A program made the position numbers and the translations under genes. From Naegleria gruberi (taxonomy: Eukaryota), in the NCBI GenBank assembly GCA_000004985.1, contig GG739451.1: a stretch of 1,292 bases of DNA, one strand, 5' to 3'. Under the pieces are notes generated by a model, which made no database searches, was not told the origin of the DNA, and saw only the letters and a program-made list of their open reading frames with translations. Shown here piece by piece: positions 1-1,292 of this stretch. Position 1 is the first letter of the stretch. Each line of letters starts with the position of its first letter.

Positions 1-1
1 T

Positions 2-22
2 AATTTAAATAATTTAAATAAT
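2..22 (+). repeat. Tandem 9-bp repeat (aatttaaat) x2.3 inside the open frame. It encodes NLN-NLN-N.
   Basis: Positions 2-10 and 11-19 are identical (aatttaaat), and 20-22 (aat) starts a third copy. Confidence 0.5.
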
Positions 23-712
23 TATGAAAATGGATTTTATTTTTTAAATAATTCAAATATTAATGAAATAATTCAAATTAAAGATGGAAATTATGAAATG
101 ATTAAAATAGGAGATTTAATTAAAACATTTGATAATAAATATTATAAAATAGATTTAATTATAGGATTAAATATAATTGGTACTGAATATAATTTATTTG
201 AAAATTTATTTAAAAAAACAAATAATGAAAATATTGAATTACCTATAAATAATGTTGAATTTAAATTATATTTAAATAATAATGAAAGAATTTATTATAT
301 TGAAAATTATAAAAATAATTTAAATTTAAATGATTTAATTAATATAAATCAAAGAAATATTAATTATTTAAAATATAATATTAATAATTTATTTAATAAT
401 CCTATTGAAAATATTAATTTATTAAAATTTAATAATTTTATTATTCAAAAAAATGATTTTATTAAAATTTTATTAAATGAAAATGAAAATGTAAATATTT
501 ATATTGGTCAATTAGTAAATTTAGTAAATGATAATTTATTTATTGAAATTTATAAAAAAATTGATCAATATTATATTACAACACATCAAATTATTTCTAT
601 TTTTGTAGCAGATATTTCACATTTAGAAAGTTTAATTGTTGTTAATGATTTGGAAAATTATAAAAATTTAAAAAAACAATTTAGAAATAATTTTATTTTA
701 ATTCAACAATAA
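2..712 (+). CDS. Hypothetical Asn/Ile/Lys/Leu-rich protein. Probably 5'-partial, with the frame open to the window edge; the alternative start is M at 98. Stop is TAA at 710-712.
   Basis: A single uninterrupted frame runs from base 2 to the TAA at 710-712. Hand translation of 2-97 gives NLNNLNNYENGFYFLNNSNINEIIQIKDGNYE with no stop. At roughly 10% GC about one random codon in ten is a stop, so 237 open codons cannot be chance. The other five frames are closed across this region. Codons are almost all A/T-ending (AAT, ATT, TTA, AAA, TAT). M98 is the only in-frame ATG before 100; the ATGs at 24, 30, 63, 84 and 93 are out of frame. Confidence 0.6.
   Translation, partial: NLNNLNNYENGFYFLNNSNINEIIQIKDGNYEMIKIGDLIKTFDNKYYKIDLIIGLNIIGTEYNLFENLFKKTNNENIELPINNVEFKLYLNNNERIYYIENYKNNLNLNDLININQRNINYLKYNINNLFNNPIENINLLKFNNFIIQKNDFIKILLNENENVNIYIGQLVNLVNDNLFIEIYKKIDQYYITTHQIISIFVADISHLESLIVVNDLENYKNLKKQFRNNFILIQQ
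46..78 (+). repeat. 13-nt direct repeat aaataattcaaat (46-58 and 66-78) with a 7-nt spacer.
   Basis: The two 13-mer copies are exact and offset by 20 nt. That offset is not a multiple of 3, so this is a DNA-level duplication, not a peptide repeat. Confidence 0.45.
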
Positions 713-713
713 A
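708..713 (+). promoter_or_regulatory. AATAAA polyadenylation signal overlapping the stop codon of gene 1.
   Basis: The hexamer aataaa sits at 708-713 and spans the TAA stop at 710-712. Downstream comes a T-rich stretch, tgttttaattttaattcttt. Confidence 0.4.
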
Positions 714-786
714 AATGTTTTAATTTTAATTCTTTGAGCAAAAAGACAATAACATTGTAAAAATAAGGAGATATCATTGACCAAGT

Positions 787-1292
787 TTATAATAGGAAAA
801 TTAATACACTCAATAATAGACATGTTAATCCAAATGATACAACTTGTCTAGTACTTGCTAGAGAATTTTTCTCTTCTCCAATTATTATTACAGATTTACT
901 ACCTGGTAAAGTATTGGTTGAGTTGACTGCAATAATTCCATTAGAGGAAGTAGTAGTTTGTGGAGTTTCAACCTTCAAAATAGTACAAGAGGAAGATGAT
1001 TCCTGATTAAGTGTTGTTCCACTACCTGCTAATAATTGTGAATAACAATACTTGGTTGGCCATACGAAAATACTGAATTGACCATTATTTAAATAAGGAG
1101 TTCCACCAGTCTTTGTCTGATTATTACAATCCAAAATGAAACGTAATCTAACTTGACCTCCTCCTGTTGTAACAGCTGTCATGTTATATAATTGTCCTGG
1201 TATTGGTTTTGCCCAATTCACTTGTCTAAAACCATTTTCATTTGCATTGACCATATAAGTTCTAGTAAATGTAACATTATTTGGTGGAAATA
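787..1292 (-). CDS. Putative secreted, GPI-anchored Ser/Thr-rich surface glycoprotein, C-terminal portion only. The N-terminus lies beyond the window end. Stop is TAA, the complement of 787-789.
   Basis: The minus-strand frame stays open from 1290 down to the stop at 787-789. Hand translation upstream of the track's Met reads ...FPPNNVTFTRTY-MVNANENGF... with no stop, so M(1254) is internal. Four N-x-S/T sequons are present: NVT, NMT, NQT and NST. Cys residues sit at ORF positions 43, 70 and 90. An S/T-rich segment (ESSSSCTILKVETPQTTTSSNG...NSTNTLPGSKS) ends in the small-residue stretch NSLAS, a candidate omega site, followed by an 18-residue hydrophobic C-terminus VVSFGLTCLLLSVLIFLL with no charged tail. 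That layout is typical of a GPI-attachment signal. Codon usage is dictyostelid-like. Confidence 0.7.
   Translation of the reverse strand, partial: FPPNNVTFTRTYMVNANENGFRQVNWAKPIPGQLYNMTAVTTGGGQVRLRFILDCNNQTKTGGTPYLNNGQFSIFVWPTKYCYSQLLAGSGTTLNQESSSSCTILKVETPQTTTSSNGIIAVNSTNTLPGSKSVIIIGEEKNSLASTRQVVSFGLTCLLLSVLIFLL
790..843 (-). other. C-terminal hydrophobic GPI-anchor signal peptide region. It could alternatively be a tail-anchor transmembrane segment.
   Basis: This region encodes VVSFGLTCLLLSVLIFLL directly before the stop. It is preceded by small residues (NSLAS) and a short polar spacer (TRQ). Confidence 0.5.
892..1029 (-). other. Ser/Thr-rich, probably O-glycosylated stalk region of the surface protein.
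   Basis: Residues about 76-121 of the ORF-track protein read GSGTTLNQESSSSCTILKVETPQTTTSSNGIIAVNSTNTLPGSKS. The segment has a high S/T fraction and includes an NST sequon. Confidence 0.45.

Noticed and set aside
300-560. An L/I/N-spaced pattern in gene 1 (LNLNDLININQRNINYLKYNINNLFNN...) that could be read as leucine-rich-repeat-like.
   Set aside because: The spacing does not follow the LxxLxLxxNxL consensus with any regular period. It is most likely a by-product of extreme A/T codon bias.
557-564. An AAAATTGA octamer, which is the giant-virus (Mimivirus) early-promoter motif.
   Set aside because: It lies inside the gene 1 coding frame with no gene start downstream. A single occurrence in 10% GC DNA is expected by chance. 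Gene 2's GPI and glycoprotein architecture points to a cellular eukaryote.
2-712. Asn-richness of gene 1 as a prion-like Q/N domain.
   Set aside because: The Asn residues are interspersed with many Ile, Leu, Phe and Tyr. They do not form a contiguous polar low-complexity tract, and there are no poly-N or poly-Q runs longer than 3.
714-758. An inverted repeat aatgtt/aacatt at 714-719 and 751-756, and a mini-hairpin acaat-aac-attgt at 746-758 in the spacer. Both are possible terminator-like hairpins.
   Set aside because: The stems are only 5-6 bp in AT-rich DNA, where such pairs occur constantly by chance. They are A:T only and not followed by a convincing structure, so this is not evidence of a functional hairpin.
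761-770. The 10-mer aaataaggag occurs twice, at 761-770 and 1091-1100. It contains a Shine-Dalgarno-like taaggag.
   Set aside because: The context is eukaryotic. The copy at 1091-1100 lies inside the minus-strand CDS, where it encodes TPYLN on the other strand. No ATG/GTG/TTG-initiated ORF follows at Shine-Dalgarno spacing on the + strand. A repeated 10-mer at this frequency is expected by chance in DNA of this composition.
767-1003. A 79-codon open frame on the + strand, antisense to gene 2, running from the TAA at 764-766 to the TGA at 1004-1006.
   Set aside because: It has no ATG anywhere in the frame. It lies entirely antisense to a well-supported CDS, and shadow ORFs like this are a common artefact. 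Its composition is unremarkable.

Overview
Read by hand, this window looks like nuclear DNA from a very AT-rich eukaryote, holding two genes that converge on each other. Codon usage points to a dictyostelid-type organism: TTA Leu, AGA Arg, CCA Pro, CAA Gln, GGT/GGA Gly, AAT Asn. Both genes end on TAA, and AATAAA overlaps the plus-strand stop codon. An anaerobic-fungus or other AT-rich protist origin cannot be excluded from sequence alone. Gene 1 is on the + strand. Its frame is open from base 2 to a TAA at 710-712, and M98 is the only in-frame ATG. Hand counts over bases 1-300 give about 10-12% GC. It encodes an Asn/Ile/Lys/Leu/Tyr/Phe-rich protein of unknown function and is probably truncated at the window's 5' edge. 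Gene 2 is on the - strand. It stops at 787-789 and its frame stays open past the window's 3' edge at 1292. The ORF track's M at 1254 is therefore an internal Met. It runs about 33-37% GC. It encodes the C-terminal part of what looks like a secreted, surface-anchored glycoprotein. That part has N-glycosylation sequons, a Ser/Thr-rich stalk and a C-terminal 18-residue hydrophobic tail typical of a GPI-anchor signal. The two stop codons are 74 bp apart. I see no prokaryotic signatures: no defence-system components, no mobile element, no RNA gene, no CRISPR array. The sequence does not support the premise that the window holds a novel multi-gene system. What is worth a second look is the extreme composition of gene 1, the unrecognised ectodomain family of gene 2, and the very tight convergent 3' ends.
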